From: Octopus vulgaris
Taxonomy: Eukaryota
NCBI GenBank assembly: GCA_951406725.2
Contig: OX597842.1
Coordinates: forward strand, 21,080,001 to 21,144,000
DNA length: 64,000 nucleotides
Direction: 5' to 3'
Shown here: one piece after another, positions 18,244-30,770 of the stretch
Numbering within the stretch: the first letter of the stretch is position 1
Layout: each line of letters starts with the position of its first letter
Program-made: the position numbers and the translations under genes
The notes under the pieces: model-generated
Seen by the model: only the letters and a program-made list of their open reading frames with translations
Database searches by the model: none
What the model was told of the DNA's origin: nothing

Positions 18244-19077
18244 ATGACAAATTATCCTGTCATAATGAATAATTTAACTGAACCTAAAAACCCTGATACA
18301 AGAGAGAAACCATATTTCTGTGATGTCTGTGAAAAATCATTCTCTCGAAGAAATCACTTGACTATTCACAAGTGTATTCATACAGGAGAAATGCCATATC
18401 ATTGTAATGTCTGTGGTGAATCATTTTCTCTAAATAGCACTTTAACTCGACATAATCGTGTTCATACAGGAGAAAAGCCATTTCATTGTGGTATCTGTGG
18501 TAAAACATTCTCTCAAAGTAATGGCTTAACTAAACACAGGCGCGTTCACACTGGAGAGAAACCATATCATTGTGATATCTGTGGTAAATCATTCTCTTGT
18601 AGTAGCCACTTGTCTGATCATAAACGCATTCATACAGGGGAAAAACCATATCATTGTGATATCTGTGGTAAAGCATTCTCTGAAAATGGCACTTTAACTA
18701 AACACAAACGCATTCATACAGGAGAGAAGCCATATCATTGTAAGATCTGTGGCAAATCATTCATTGAAAGTGGTAACTTGAATAAGCACAAGCGTGTTCA
18801 TACAGGAGAGAAACCATATCATTGTGATATCTGTGGTAAATCATTTTCTGAAAATAGCCACATGTCTAAACATAAACGTATTCATACAGGAGAGAAGCCA
18901 TATCATTGTAATAGCTGTGGTAAATCATTTTCTGAAAACACCACTTTAACTATTCACAAATATACTCATACAAGCGAGAAGCCATATCATTGTGACATCT
19001 GTGCTAAAACATTCTCTTGTAGTAGCCACTTGACTAAACACAAGCGCGTTCATACAGGAAAGGAATTATATCCTTGA
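18244..19077 (+). CDS. C2H2 zinc-finger protein 2 (9 fingers)
   Basis: ORF 18235..19077 with ATG at 18244. It stops at TGT>TGA in a tenth, decayed finger, and further decayed fingers follow in the 3' region. Confidence 0.92.
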   Translation: MTNYPVIMNNLTEPKNPDTREKPYFCDVCEKSFSRRNHLTIHKCIHTGEMPYHCNVCGESFSLNSTLTRHNRVHTGEKPFHCGICGKTFSQSNGLTKHRRVHTGEKPYHCDICGKSFSCSSHLSDHKRIHTGEKPYHCDICGKAFSENGTLTKHKRIHTGEKPYHCKICGKSFIESGNLNKHKRVHTGEKPYHCDICGKSFSENSHMSKHKRIHTGEKPYHCNSCGKSFSENTTLTIHKYTHTSEKPYHCDICAKTFSCSSHLTKHKRVHTGKELYP

Positions 19078-19987
19078 GATATCTGTGGTTAATCATTCTC
19101 TTATAATACTCACTTGACTAATCATAAACATATTCATACTGGGGGGAAAAATTCACATCACTGTGATATCTGTGGTGAATTATTCTTTCAAAATGGCTAC
19201 TTCAGTACACATGTGAGTATTCACACACAACTGTAACTGTACCAGTATTGAAATTTATTACAACACGACAACAATAACTTCTATTTTTCTCTGCTAAAAG
19301 GCGTTTTTTTTTATCTCTTCAAATTTGATGTTATCAACTTCAAACTCATGAATATGAACCTGAATGCCGTGTATATATGGAAATATATCAACACAACAAA
19401 GCCTTTGAGGTGTCTTAACTAGACATCATCGTATTCATTCAGGGGAGAAGCCATATCAGTGTGATATCTGTGGTAAATCATTCTCAAAACAATCTCACTT
19501 CAGTACACGTTTGTGTATACACACTCAAGTATGACTATATAAGTTTTAAAATTTGTTACAACATACCTAAAATTACTTCTAGTTTTTCTGCAAAGAGACA
19601 GGGATTTTTTTTATCTCTTCAAATTTCATGGTATCGACTTCAATTTCATCAATGTCAACATCAAATTCAGCAAAGACTTTGATTTCTGAAGATGGTCATG
19701 CTGGAGTTTTGAGGAATTTGTTATTAGAGAATAAAGAATTGGGAATAATGAATAAAAACTGAATTAAACTGAAATTGGTTTTGTCTATTAACTTTCATCA
19801 TTGTCGTCATTTTCATCATCATCATCCTTCAGCGATAGCTTTTCTTTATATGCTGTCATGGGTGGGACAGTTTGACATGAGCTGGCAAGCCCTAATGCTG
19901 CACTAGGTTCCAGTCTGATTTGTTCTGGTTGCTTTGGATGTATTCTCCTAATATTAACCAGTTTACATTTTATGCTGTGTGCTTTAT

Positions 19988-20355
19988 ATCATCATCATCA
20001 TCATCATTTAACATCCGCCTTCCAAGCTAGCATGGGTTGGACGATTTGACTGAGGACTCGTGAACGAAATGGCTGCACCAGGCTCCTTTCTGATCTGGCA
20101 GAGTTTCGACAGCTTGATGCCCTTGCTAATGCCAACCACTCCAAGAGTGTAGTGGGTCCTTATACATGTCACTGGCATGAAGACTTGTCAGGCTGTACTG
20201 GCAACGGCCATGCTGAAATGGTGTTTTTTACCTGCCACCTGCACAGGAACCAGTCCAGCAGCACTGGCAATGACCTCTCTCGAATACTTTTTCACGTGCC
20301 AGTAAGGCAATGCTGGTGACGATCATGCTCAAATGGTGCTTTTTACCTGCCACAC
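19988..20355 (-). mobile_element. RTE-tail SINE / LINE 3' fragment
   Basis: (cat)n tail and gatgccctt..ctaatgccaaccactcc motif. Similar copies at about 14993, 30973, 38964, 40540, 50092, 52050 and 59200. Confidence 0.75.
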
Positions 20356-20677
20356 AGCATATATATATATGAAATTTAATAAGGGTAGAAATTGATATTA
20401 ATCAATTAAAACCAGTGGCCTAGCATATTAAATAAATCCGAAGATTAAGATATTTTTTACATACAAAATTTAAAGGACTGACCACTAAAAGTTAGTGGTC
20501 AGTCATTTAAGTTTTGTATGTAAAAAAAAATGTATACATATGTGGAAGGGCATCCAACTGTAGAAACTCTGCCAGATCAGACTGGAGCCTGGTGCAGGCA
20601 ATTTAAAAACACAAAACAAACACCACCTCCTTTTCACTTCCCACTCTCTCCCTCTCATGACCTCACTGTCCCTCCTC

Positions 20678-21836
20678 GGATCTTTTCCTTTTGAACGGCA
20701 GACAATTTCTACTTTACTAAACACTTTTAAACTTCATATACTGGTAGAATGTGTCAAAATAAAACATCTTTTTCTCTTGGCTTTCTTGAGAAAATTGTAA
20801 TTTGTAAGTTTAACATAGTGTAGTGATCCTGTACAACGGTGCGCGCGCGTGCGGGGTTGGTGCTTTCACCACCGGAAGAAGGAATTTGCTGACGTGGCAG
20901 TTTAGCTGAGAGGCAGGGGAGCGTGAACCTTAAAAGGGTCCGGAGAGATATAGCAGCGGCAGGCAGTGACTTGAGACACGGCGACTGAAGGCACCGGACG
21001 TGTAATTCTCTCTCTGTCCGGACTTGATATAGCAGCAGTCGGCAGAAGACTTTTAACCAGGATTTGTTGCAGACCACATCATCTCTCTCCTGATGCCATT
21101 TTGACCAGTGCTGTTGCATTTGAACATTGTAAAATCTTACAAGCGATAAAGTTCAGCTCTGACACATCCATACCAAAGGGATACCAGATACACCACTTAT
21201 TTTTTACCGTTATAAGACAATAAAGTATATATATTTTTTACGTCTGCGTTTTGTGTTTTCTGACTGGTAGAATCTGGATATTAAAGCAACGGTAATTTGT
21301 ATGCACCACATGCACTCTAAAAGTGCATGAAGCTACTCGTTCCCGTTACAATAGTTTAATTCTTCGAACTTTAACCACTGAATCGCCTCTAATTGAGCTA
21401 AAATCATTTGCTGCGTCTAAAACTGAAACAACATCCTGTCACTAATCCTAACCCTAAATTTGTTTATTTTTTTATTGTTAAATTAATTTAATTGTTACGC
21501 GTGTAAAAAAAAACGTCCATTGCTTTAGTTTTTTTTACACGCGTAACAATTGAGAAAAGAAAAATTAGGGTTAAGGTTAGGTTGAGGGTTAGTGACAGGA
21601 TGTTGTCTCAGTTTTAGACGCAGCAAATGATTTTAGCTCAATGGAGGTAATCGATTGGTTAAAATTGCCGAATTGCTCGGATTTTCAGACGAAATATCTT
21701 ACAAACTATAGAATTTTCTCAATAAAACCAAGAGAAAATGTTGTTTTATAAACACATTCTACCAGTATACGAAGTTTAAAAGTGTTTAGTTAACTAGAAA
21801 TTGTGTTGACATCTGGCGTTCAAAAGGAAAAGATCC
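20678..21836. mobile_element. Non-autonomous DNA transposon (GGATC TIRs, 8-bp TSD; Merlin/Mutator-like)
   Basis: Ends ggatcttttccttttgaacg...cgttcaaaaggaaaagatcc, flanked by ccctcctc (20670-20677 and 21837-21844). An internal long palindrome lies at 21390-21640. Confidence 0.88.
20819..21350 (+). mobile_element. Solo LTR (Gypsy-like) nested in the MITE
   Basis: TGTA...TACA termini, 4-bp TSD atag (20815-18 and 21351-54), internal aataaa near 21219, 532 bp long. Confidence 0.8.
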
Positions 21837-21950
21837 CCCTCCTCTTTTGCTCTGCTTCTCACTTCAGCTATACTTCCTCTTCTTCTTGTCGCCCTTTTCA
21901 AGCCTAGCCAGGTTCATGGAACCGGTTTCCCGGTTTCTGTGACGTATGTG

Positions 21951-22428
21951 GGATCTTTTCCTTTTGAACGGCATTTCAGCAATTTTAACCAATTGATTAC
22001 CTCCATTCAACTAAAATCATTTGCTGCGACTAAAAGTGAGACAACATCCTGTCACTAACCTTAAACCTCCCCCCTATCCCTAACCCTAAATTTTTTCTCT
22101 TACTTGTTAAATTAATTTAATTCCATTGCTTTAGTTTTTTTTACACTCGTAACAATTAAGAAAAAAAAAATTTAGGGTTAGGGGGGAGGTTTAGGGTTAG
22201 TTACAGGATGTTGTCTCAGTTTTAGACGCAGCAAATGATTTTAGTTCAAAAGAGAGCATAGGATTGATTAAAATTCGAAAAATTAAACTACGTTAAACAA
22301 ACAAATTGCAATTTTCTCAAGAAAGCCAAGAGAAAATAATGTTTTATTTTGACACATTCTACCAGAATACGAAGTTTAAAAGTGTTTAGTTAACTAGAAA
22401 TTGTCTGCCGTTCAAAAGGAAAAGATCC
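21951..22428. mobile_element. GGATC-MITE at the left breakpoint of the gene 3 duplication
   Basis: TIRs are present but there is no TSD. Sequence immediately to the right matches 4243 onward. Confidence 0.85.
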
Positions 22429-23316
22429 AATTTATGTGCTGGAAAAGGAGTAGACTTCATTAAAATAATCTGGTGTAAACTTGGAAAAACTGGAAGGTAA
22501 TTTATTGACAGAATGGGACAAAGAAAATCACTGGAGCGGAACCAACAAGTCAGCAGAGCCATCTATTGGAAAATTAAAGAAATACAATCATACGAAGGGA
22601 AGTAACTTCTACAACACAGTGAACCTCTCGATGTTACAGTAATTATTTTTCGAAGCGGGAACCTGACAATAATGAGGAAAATATATTTCTTCGTCTTAAT
22701 TAATAACTTTGAAACTGAAATGTTGATTTGATGCTTATAAAATACTATGACCGACTGATACATGTGATAGAACTGAAATTAATTAGTAAAGTGAGAATAA
22801 AACAGCGTAATTAATTAGTAAAATGTGAGGAGTCCGATTGAAGAATTCCACATTAATATATGTTATCCTGTTGTTTATGAGGCATTGATAAAACGGTAAG
22901 TTGATAAAGATTTACTCTAATGTTATATTAATAATAGTAATGATGATGATGATTTCAAAAGTGGCCCAGGGCCAGCAATCTTTAATACGAGCGATAAGTC
23001 GATTGCATGGGTCCCGGTTTTTTCCCGAAAGAGATGAAAGACAAAGTCGATCTCATCCGTATTTGAACTCAGGACTTTCCGCCGAGGTTGGCTTTGTATT
23101 TCATTCCATTCCGTGTGAAGAAAATAATAATGATGATGATGATAATAGTAATCTTTTGATAATTAAAACAATAACCTTTTGTGCTTTTGACCTGAAAATT
23201 GGCGGTAAGGCATAAGTGAATTACATGGACCCTAGTACTTGATTGCTTCTTATTTTTTCTACCTGGAAATGATGAAAGGGGACCTTGATGTGATTTGAAC
23301 TTTGAGAGTAATGATG

Positions 23317-24052
23317 CGATCTTTTCACTTTGACCGGCAGATTTTAAAAATAATTTCTATGTAACTAAAACATTTTAAACTTCGTATACTGGTAGAATGT
23401 GCTTTAAAAAAATGGTTTTCTCTTAGCTTTCTTGAGAAAATTCTGCATTTTGTAACATATTTGTTTAATTTCTTGCATTTCGGCAATTTCAACCAATTAA
23501 TGACGTCTATTGATGTGAAAACGATTTCTGCCGTAACATTTTCTGGCGGCATTATATGAAAATATCCCTGTTACATATTATATATTCGTTTAAGAAACAG
23601 ATTGGGTTTATTTACATTTCTGAAGAAAAAAAGATACCCTTCCCCCAACCCTAAAACAGATTGAAATGCAATAGATCGATACTAGGATCATAATTATGGG
23701 TGGACACTAAATAGGGAACGGTTTTGTTATCCAGCTCTGTTTACGAGTGACCCCTCAGTTTATGGCCACGGGGTATCTTTTTTCTCATAAAAAACAGGGA
23801 CATTTTCATATGACGCCGCCAGTATATGTTACAGCAGAAATCGTTTTCACCTCAATAGACGTCTTTGATTGGTTGAAATTGCCGAAATGCAAGAAATTAA
23901 ACAACAAATATGTTACAAACTACAGAATTTTCTCAAGAAAGCCAAGAGAAAAAAGATGTTTTATAAACACATTCTACCAGTATACGAAGTTTAAAATTTT
24001 TTAGTTACATAGAAATTATTAAAAAAATCTGCCGGTCAAAGCAAAAAGTTCC
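23317..24052. mobile_element. GGATC-family MITE with 8-bp TSD
   Basis: Flanked by taatgatg (23309-23316 and 24053-24060). Confidence 0.85.
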
Positions 24053-24744
24053 TAATGATGTGTAGGGCACTGCCCATGGGCTCATCGTAGACAACATGAA
24101 GACAGGGACCTTCACTGCTGGATAGCTAGCGAGCTGGTCCAGAAAAGGGAATTCCGGTTGGCAACATGAAGTCTTAAATCAAACATTTTTCTGAAAGGTA
24201 AAGGTGAAGTGTGTAGTAAACTTGTGTGGGTATACCAATGTTTCAATGCCTCAATGAACTCTGACCCCTGTAAACATTGACATTAAATGGCTGACAGTGT
24301 TCATGTTGTAATATTTACAATGTTGAATTACTATGTCACTTAACTATCCTCTTTATCTTACTGCTTCTTTTTCTATTTCAGAATATCACATCATGTTGAC
24401 ATGAAAGAAATTACTTCGTTCAGATGTGCCTTTGATATTTTATCAACTAAAGGAAGATGATATATTTATAAGGAGCATTCATCTATACATCAACGTTTCT
24501 ATATAAATATAATCTATGACAAACAACAGCAAATATTTTTCTTGTCTGGAATGTAGAGGAGGTGATTGCTTTACATATTTGGATAACTTTACAAACGAGT
24601 TGACAGTTTTCACCTGTTGATTTAGGTATTAAGTAAGATCACAGAAGAAAGAAAGATTGACATTAAATTATTCTTTGAAAAAGTAATGCAAATGGACACA
24701 AACATATTCATAGAAAAGAAGAAAACAATATTATTGTGATATAT

Positions 24745-26145
24745 ATGACAAATTATCCTGTCATAATGAATAATTTAACTGAACCTAAAAACCCTGATAC
24801 AAGAGAGAAACCATATCAATGTGATGTCTGTGGTGAATCATTCTCTCGAAGAAATCACTTGACTATTCACAAGTGTATTCATACAGGAGAGAAGCCATAT
24901 CATTGTAATATCTGTGGTGAATCATTCTCTGAAAATGGCAGTTTAACTAAACACAAACGCATTCATACAGGAGAGAAGCCATTTCATTGTAAGGTCTGTG
25001 GCAAATCATTCATTGAAAGTGGTAACTTGAATAAGCACAAGCGTGTTCATACAGGAGAGAAGCCATTTCATTGTAATATCTGTGGTAAATCATTCTCTGA
25101 AAATGGCAGTTTAACTAGACACAAACGCATTCATACAGGAGAGAAGCCATTTCATTGTAACATCTGTGGTATATCATTCATTGAAAGTGGTCACTTGAAT
25201 ACACACAAGCGCATTCATACAGGGGAGAAGCCATATCATTGTAATATCTGTGGTAAAACATTCTCTCAAAGTCATCACTTAACTAATCACCAGCGCGTTC
25301 ACACGGGAGAGAAACCATATCATTGTGATATCTGTGGTAAATCATTTTCTCTAAATAGCACTTTAACTCGACATAAATGTATTCATACAGGAGAAAAGCC
25401 ATATCATTGTGATATCTGTGGTAAAACATTCTCTCAAAGTTATCACTTAACTAATCACCAGCGCGTTCACACGGGAGAGAAACCATATCATTGTGATATC
25501 TGTGGTGAATCATTTTCTCTAAATAGCACTTTAACTCGACATAAATGTATTCATACAGGAGAAAAGCCATATCATTGTGATATCTATGGTAAAACATTCT
25601 CTCAAAGTTATCACTTGACTAAACACCAGCGCGTTCACACGGGAGAGAAACCATATCATTGTGATATCTGTGGTAAATCATTTTCTTGTAATAGTCACTT
25701 GACTGTCCATAAACGCATTCATACTGGTGAAAAATCATATCATTGTGATATCTGTGGTAAATCATTCTCTCGTAAATGTCAATTGGTTAATCACAAACGC
25801 ATTCATACAGGAGAGAAGCCATTTCATTGTAAGATCTATGGCAAATCATTCATTGAAAGTGGTAAATTGAATGAGCACAAGCGTGTTCATACAGGAGAGA
25901 AGCCGTATCATTGTGATATCTGTGGTAAAACATTCTCTCGAAGTAATGCCTTAACTAGACACTGGCGTATTCACACTGGAGAGAAACCATATCATTGTGA
26001 TATCTGTGGTAAATCATTCTCTCGTAGTGACCACTTGTCTGATCATAAACGCATTCATACAGGGGAAAAGCCATATCAGTGTGATATCTGTGGTAAATCA
26101 TTCTCTGAAAGTCGTGTCCTAACTAAACACCAGTGCAGGATATAA
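24745..26145 (+). CDS. C2H2 zinc-finger protein 3 (16 repeats, 13 canonical)
   Basis: ORF 24736..26145 with ATG at 24745. Fingers 10 and 13 have Cys>Tyr, and finger 16 lacks the last His. Confidence 0.92.
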   Translation: MTNYPVIMNNLTEPKNPDTREKPYQCDVCGESFSRRNHLTIHKCIHTGEKPYHCNICGESFSENGSLTKHKRIHTGEKPFHCKVCGKSFIESGNLNKHKRVHTGEKPFHCNICGKSFSENGSLTRHKRIHTGEKPFHCNICGISFIESGHLNTHKRIHTGEKPYHCNICGKTFSQSHHLTNHQRVHTGEKPYHCDICGKSFSLNSTLTRHKCIHTGEKPYHCDICGKTFSQSYHLTNHQRVHTGEKPYHCDICGESFSLNSTLTRHKCIHTGEKPYHCDIYGKTFSQSYHLTKHQRVHTGEKPYHCDICGKSFSCNSHLTVHKRIHTGEKSYHCDICGKSFSRKCQLVNHKRIHTGEKPFHCKIYGKSFIESGKLNEHKRVHTGEKPYHCDICGKTFSRSNALTRHWRIHTGEKPYHCDICGKSFSRSDHLSDHKRIHTGEKPYQCDICGKSFSESRVLTKHQCRI

Positions 26146-27130
26146 ACCATATCATTGTGATATCTGTAGTAAATCATTCTCATACAATAGTGACTTGACT
26201 ATTTATAAGCATATTCATACTGGGGAAAAACCATATCACTGTGATATCTATGGTCAATCATTCTCTCAAAAATACCATTTATGTACACATGTGAGTCTTC
26301 ACACAAAAGTGCAACCATTCAGTATTAATCTTTATTACAACAATTATGGCTATTTTTTTCTGCTGAAAGACAGGGCTATTTTTATCTCTTCAGATATGAT
26401 GTTATCAACTTCAATTTCAATAATGTCAACATCAAATTCATGAATGTCATGTATATATATGGAAGTATATCAACAATGCCTTTGATTTCTGAAGATGATT
26501 GCTCTGGATTTTTGAGCAATTTGCTTTGAGAGAATAAAGAAATGGGAATAATGAATAAAAGGTTACACTGAAGTTGATTTTGTCTATGTGTTTTCATCAT
26601 TGTCGCTGTTATCATCATCATCCTTTGGTGAAATTTTTTTCCTTTACTGGCATGGGTGGCACAGTGTGACATGAGCTGGCAAACCATGATGCTGCACTAG
26701 GTTCCAGTCTGATTTGTTTGGGTTTCTTTGGGTGTTTTCTCCTAATAGAGTTTATGCTTTGTGCTTCAAATATATGTGTGCGTATGCACACACATATACA
26801 TGTGAGTATGTGTATATATATGTAAATATATCATCATCATCATCATCATCCAATGAAAAAAAATATATATTTACAATGATACCGAGGGGAAGGGGTTCCG
26901 CCACACTTTTACCAAGCAAAAATAAGGAGTTTGCTGCACATTGCGAGGTCAGGGTACTTGATTCCATGCAAAAAATCTGAGTTTTTTTGTTTGTCTTTAT
27001 GAAAATCTTGTGGGTGAAAATATCAATATTTACCCGAAATTCTTCTGGACTCAAACTTCTCTGAAAAAAATTGGGACAGCAAATTCGTATGTAATCGTAA
27101 TCCAAACCATCTAAAAAGTATTATCATCGT

Positions 27131-28311
27131 AGGTGTAGGTAAAAACTCTATAAGATGCACCAAGCGTAAGCTAACGACACATAAGAGGTGCAGTAATGTC
27201 AAAGGAAGGCTAACTAGGAAGATAGTTTTTGTATGTGGCAGATGCTCAGGAGCAATAAACACTGAAAATGCTCTGAGACCTACTTCTGCCACATTCCAGG
27301 GAGAAAAACTAGAAATAGGTGATAGCTTCCGTTACCTAGGTGACCAAGTCAGTAGCGGGGGCAGGTGTGTTGAAAGTATAACTGCTAGAGTAAGAATAGC
27401 TTGGGCAAAGTTCAGAGAGCTCTTACCTCTGCTGGTGACAAAAGGCAGACTGTATGACGCGTGTGTACGAACAGCCATGCTACATGGCAGTGAAACGGGC
27501 CGTGACTGCTGAGGATATGTGTAAGCTTGCATGAAATGAAGCCAGTATGCTCCGATGGATGTGTAATGTCAGTGTTCATACTCGACAGAGTGTAAGTACC
27601 TTAAGAGAAAAGCTGGACCTAAGAAGCATCAGATGTGGTGTGCAAGAGAGATGTCTGCTGGTATGGTCATGTGGCGAGAATGGATGAAGATAGTTTTGTG
27701 AAAAAGTGCCATACCCAAGCGGTTGAGGGAACCTGTGTAAGAGGCAGACCCAGGAAAACCTGGGACGAGGTGGTGAAGCACGACCTTCGAACTTTAGGTC
27801 TCACTGAGGAAATGACTAGAGACCGAGACCATTGGAAGTGTGCTGTGCGTGAGAAGACCCGGCAGGAAAAGTGAGACCATAACCCGGGATGAGCCAGTCC
27901 ACTTATACATACCTTTTCTTCTGGGGACACAAAACTCTACTTGTGAAGACCTGTTGAGGCAAGTGAGAATCGAAATCGATCAACATCAATGGAAATTGCA
28001 GCTGTGATACCAGTGCCGGTGGCACGTAAGACATCCATCCGAACGTGACAGTTGCGAACACCGCCCCGACTGGCCTTGTGTCGGCGGCACGTAAAAAGCA
28101 CCATCCGATCGTGGCCGTTTGCCAGCCTCATCTGGCACGTAAAAAGCACCCACTGCACTCACGGAGTAGTTGGCATTAGGAAGGGCATTCAGCCATAGAA
28201 ACATTGCCAGATCAGACTGGGCCTGGTGCAGCCTTCTGGCTTCCCAGGCCCCAGTTGATCCATCCAACCCATGCTAGCATGGAAAGTGGACTCTAAACGA
28301 TGATGATGATG
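27131..28311 (+). mobile_element. 5'-truncated RTE-clade LINE, specific to the gene 3 unit
   Basis: Degenerate RT C-terminus (SFRYLGDQV, WYGHVARM, RGRPRKTW), 3' UTR and (tga)n tail. Absent at the equivalent sites near 12540 and 36250. Confidence 0.85.
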
Positions 28312-29390
28312 AATCTACCAAATCATCATCATCATTTAACGTCTGCTTTCCATGCTAGCATGGGTTGGACGATTTGACTGAGGTCTGGCAAACCAGACTC
28401 CAATCTGATCTGGCAGAGTTTTTACAGCTGGATGCCCTTCCTAACGCCAACCAGCTGTAGAAACTCTGCCAGATCAGATTGGAGTCTGGTTCGCCAGACC
28501 TCAGTCAATATACATATATATATATATGTACAAATGATAAGAAGACAAAGAAAATTGTTTAACACATCGTGGCTGGGCAGTAAAAACAGTTCCTCTGGTA
28601 CTGAAATTCGTGTGATGGGTGAAAAGTTATTTGACCAGCGACTTCGGAAAATGGGAGAAACTATTAAATAGATAACTTGACATTTGCTCAGGAATTAAAC
28701 AATGAAGATATTTATGTTTGTGGTGGCGAAGTTGTGTGATCTGCAGTAGAGTAGACTAAATCGCCTCCCACCAAGCAGACCAACTTCGTGGCCTTAGAGT
28801 GTGTAGGCAAGGGAAGAGAGATGCAAAAAAAAAAATGAGAATTATATATATATATATAAGGCTGAAGTTGTCTGTGTATGGCAGGTTTGGTAGCCTTCAA
28901 CTAACCCCATCTCCTCTGAGACCCTGTGGCACAAGTTGACCAAAATTGAGAGTATGATAGAAGAAGGCTTGCTCTTCCTTCCTTAGAAGAAAAAATTCAA
29001 ATCGGACCATGTTAACACCAAAAATTATTTACATCACAAAGGTGCTTTTTCGCTATGAAAATCCCTATTTTTTACGATTTTTTGACTGCTGTGACGTCAT
29101 TTTTCGGTGTATTTCAACCAGAAAAATGTTCAATTAAAGAGGATAACAAGCTACATAATGCAAAATTTTACTTTTCAAAAATTCCAATTCTAAAGGGTCA
29201 AAAAGAAAACAAGCCCGAGCAACGCTGGGCTATACTGCTAGTATATATATAAAGGGCAATGTGTAAAGACTCCTTCAGTCATTAATGACCATGGCATTGC
29301 ATCTAGGAAGTTCACCTCAAAGGCACAACTCCAGGCAAGGTTCTTTTCATGGAAGACCAGCTGTTGCCCATGCACACCAGTCTCCCCTCT

Positions 29391-29961
29391 CATCATCATC
29401 ATCATTGTTCGACCGTGGTCGAGACAATGGAATTTACCATGTTACGCCAGACTTCACGGTCCATCATGGCATTACGGAGGTCCTGTTGCTGGATGCCTGT
29501 ATCCCTGGAGATTACATCAGGGTAGGAGAGTGTGCGCCCTCTGGTATTGTGAGTAGATGTCTTCCAGAGGAGAAGAGTAGAAATTGCCTCGTTTTCCGTT
29601 CTACAACAATGTCCAGCAAACTGGACTCTCCTACCTTTCACAAGAGATGACACAGGTGGTAGTTTCCTATATATTTGCATTTTGGTTGGATGGTGGCTCC
29701 ACGAGAGATTTTGAGCTCTCATAAGGAGGCGAGTGTAGGTTCCATCCAACCGCCTCTCAAGCTGCTTTGATAACGTCCAGGTTTCTGAGCCATATAGTAG
29801 AATTGGTTCGACTGTGACTTTGAAGATTTCAAGTTTGAAGTCTCTACTTAGATTTGATGACCAGATCTTATGCATGTCATTACAGGCTGACCAGGCCATA
29901 CCCTTTCTAGTTAGAACGTCTTTCCCAGATGATGATATGTATGACCCAAGGTATTTGTAAT
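29391..29961 (-). mobile_element. 5'-truncated RTE-like LINE inserted in a SINE
   Basis: YKYLGS...LYGSETW..RGR motifs, (tga)n tail and 13-bp TSD cagtctcccctct (29378-90 and 29962-74). Confidence 0.88.
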
Positions 29962-30420
29962 CAGTCTCCCCTCTACAGGCCACCAATGTCATCCAAGTGA
30001 AGGCCAAAAGCTAATACAGCTTGGCACCAGTGATGTTGCTCATTTCTAGAGGTGAATGAACTGGACCACCATGAAATAAAGTGTCTTGCTCAAGAACACA
30101 ACACACAGCCTGGTCCAGGAATCAAAATCACTACATGATTGTGAACCCAGCATTCTAACCACTGAGCTATGTGCATCTCTCTCTCCCTCTTTCTCTGTGT
30201 GTATACATACATATATATGAATGCATATACAGGAGGCAGTTGACAAAGCCAGCTTCTATATATGGCTGAAATGAGAAGACCCAGAATAGATTTTCCTATT
30301 TTTAATTCCAATATTTATAGCTTGTACTTAACATTAAGGTTTTTAATATAAATTACTTAATGAGTATAAGACTTTATTTAGATGTATATTAAATAAATAA
30401 ATAAATTAATTAATAATTTC

Positions 30421-30770
30421 GGCGCAGGAGTGGCTGTGTGGTAAGTAGCTTGTTAACTAACCACATGGTTCCGGGTTCAGGCCCACTGCGTGGCACCTTG
30501 GGCAGGTGTCTTCTGCTATAGCCTCGGGCCGACCAAAGCCTTGTGAGTGGATTTGGTAGACGGAAACTGAAAGAAGCCCATCGTATATGTGTATATATAT
30601 GCGTGTTTGCGTTTGTTCCACGAACATTGTTTGACAACCGGCAAAAGAGACCGATAGGATAAGTACTAGGCTTACAAAGAATAAGTCCTGGGGTCGATTT
30701 GCTCGACTAAAAGGCGGTGCTCCAGCATGGCCGCAGTCAAATGACTGAAACAAGTAAAATAGAAAGAGAA
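30421..30770 (+). mobile_element. tRNA-derived SINE
   Basis: Same family as 14240. Paralog at 38412-38762 and an inverted copy at about 51095-51415. Confidence 0.8.
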
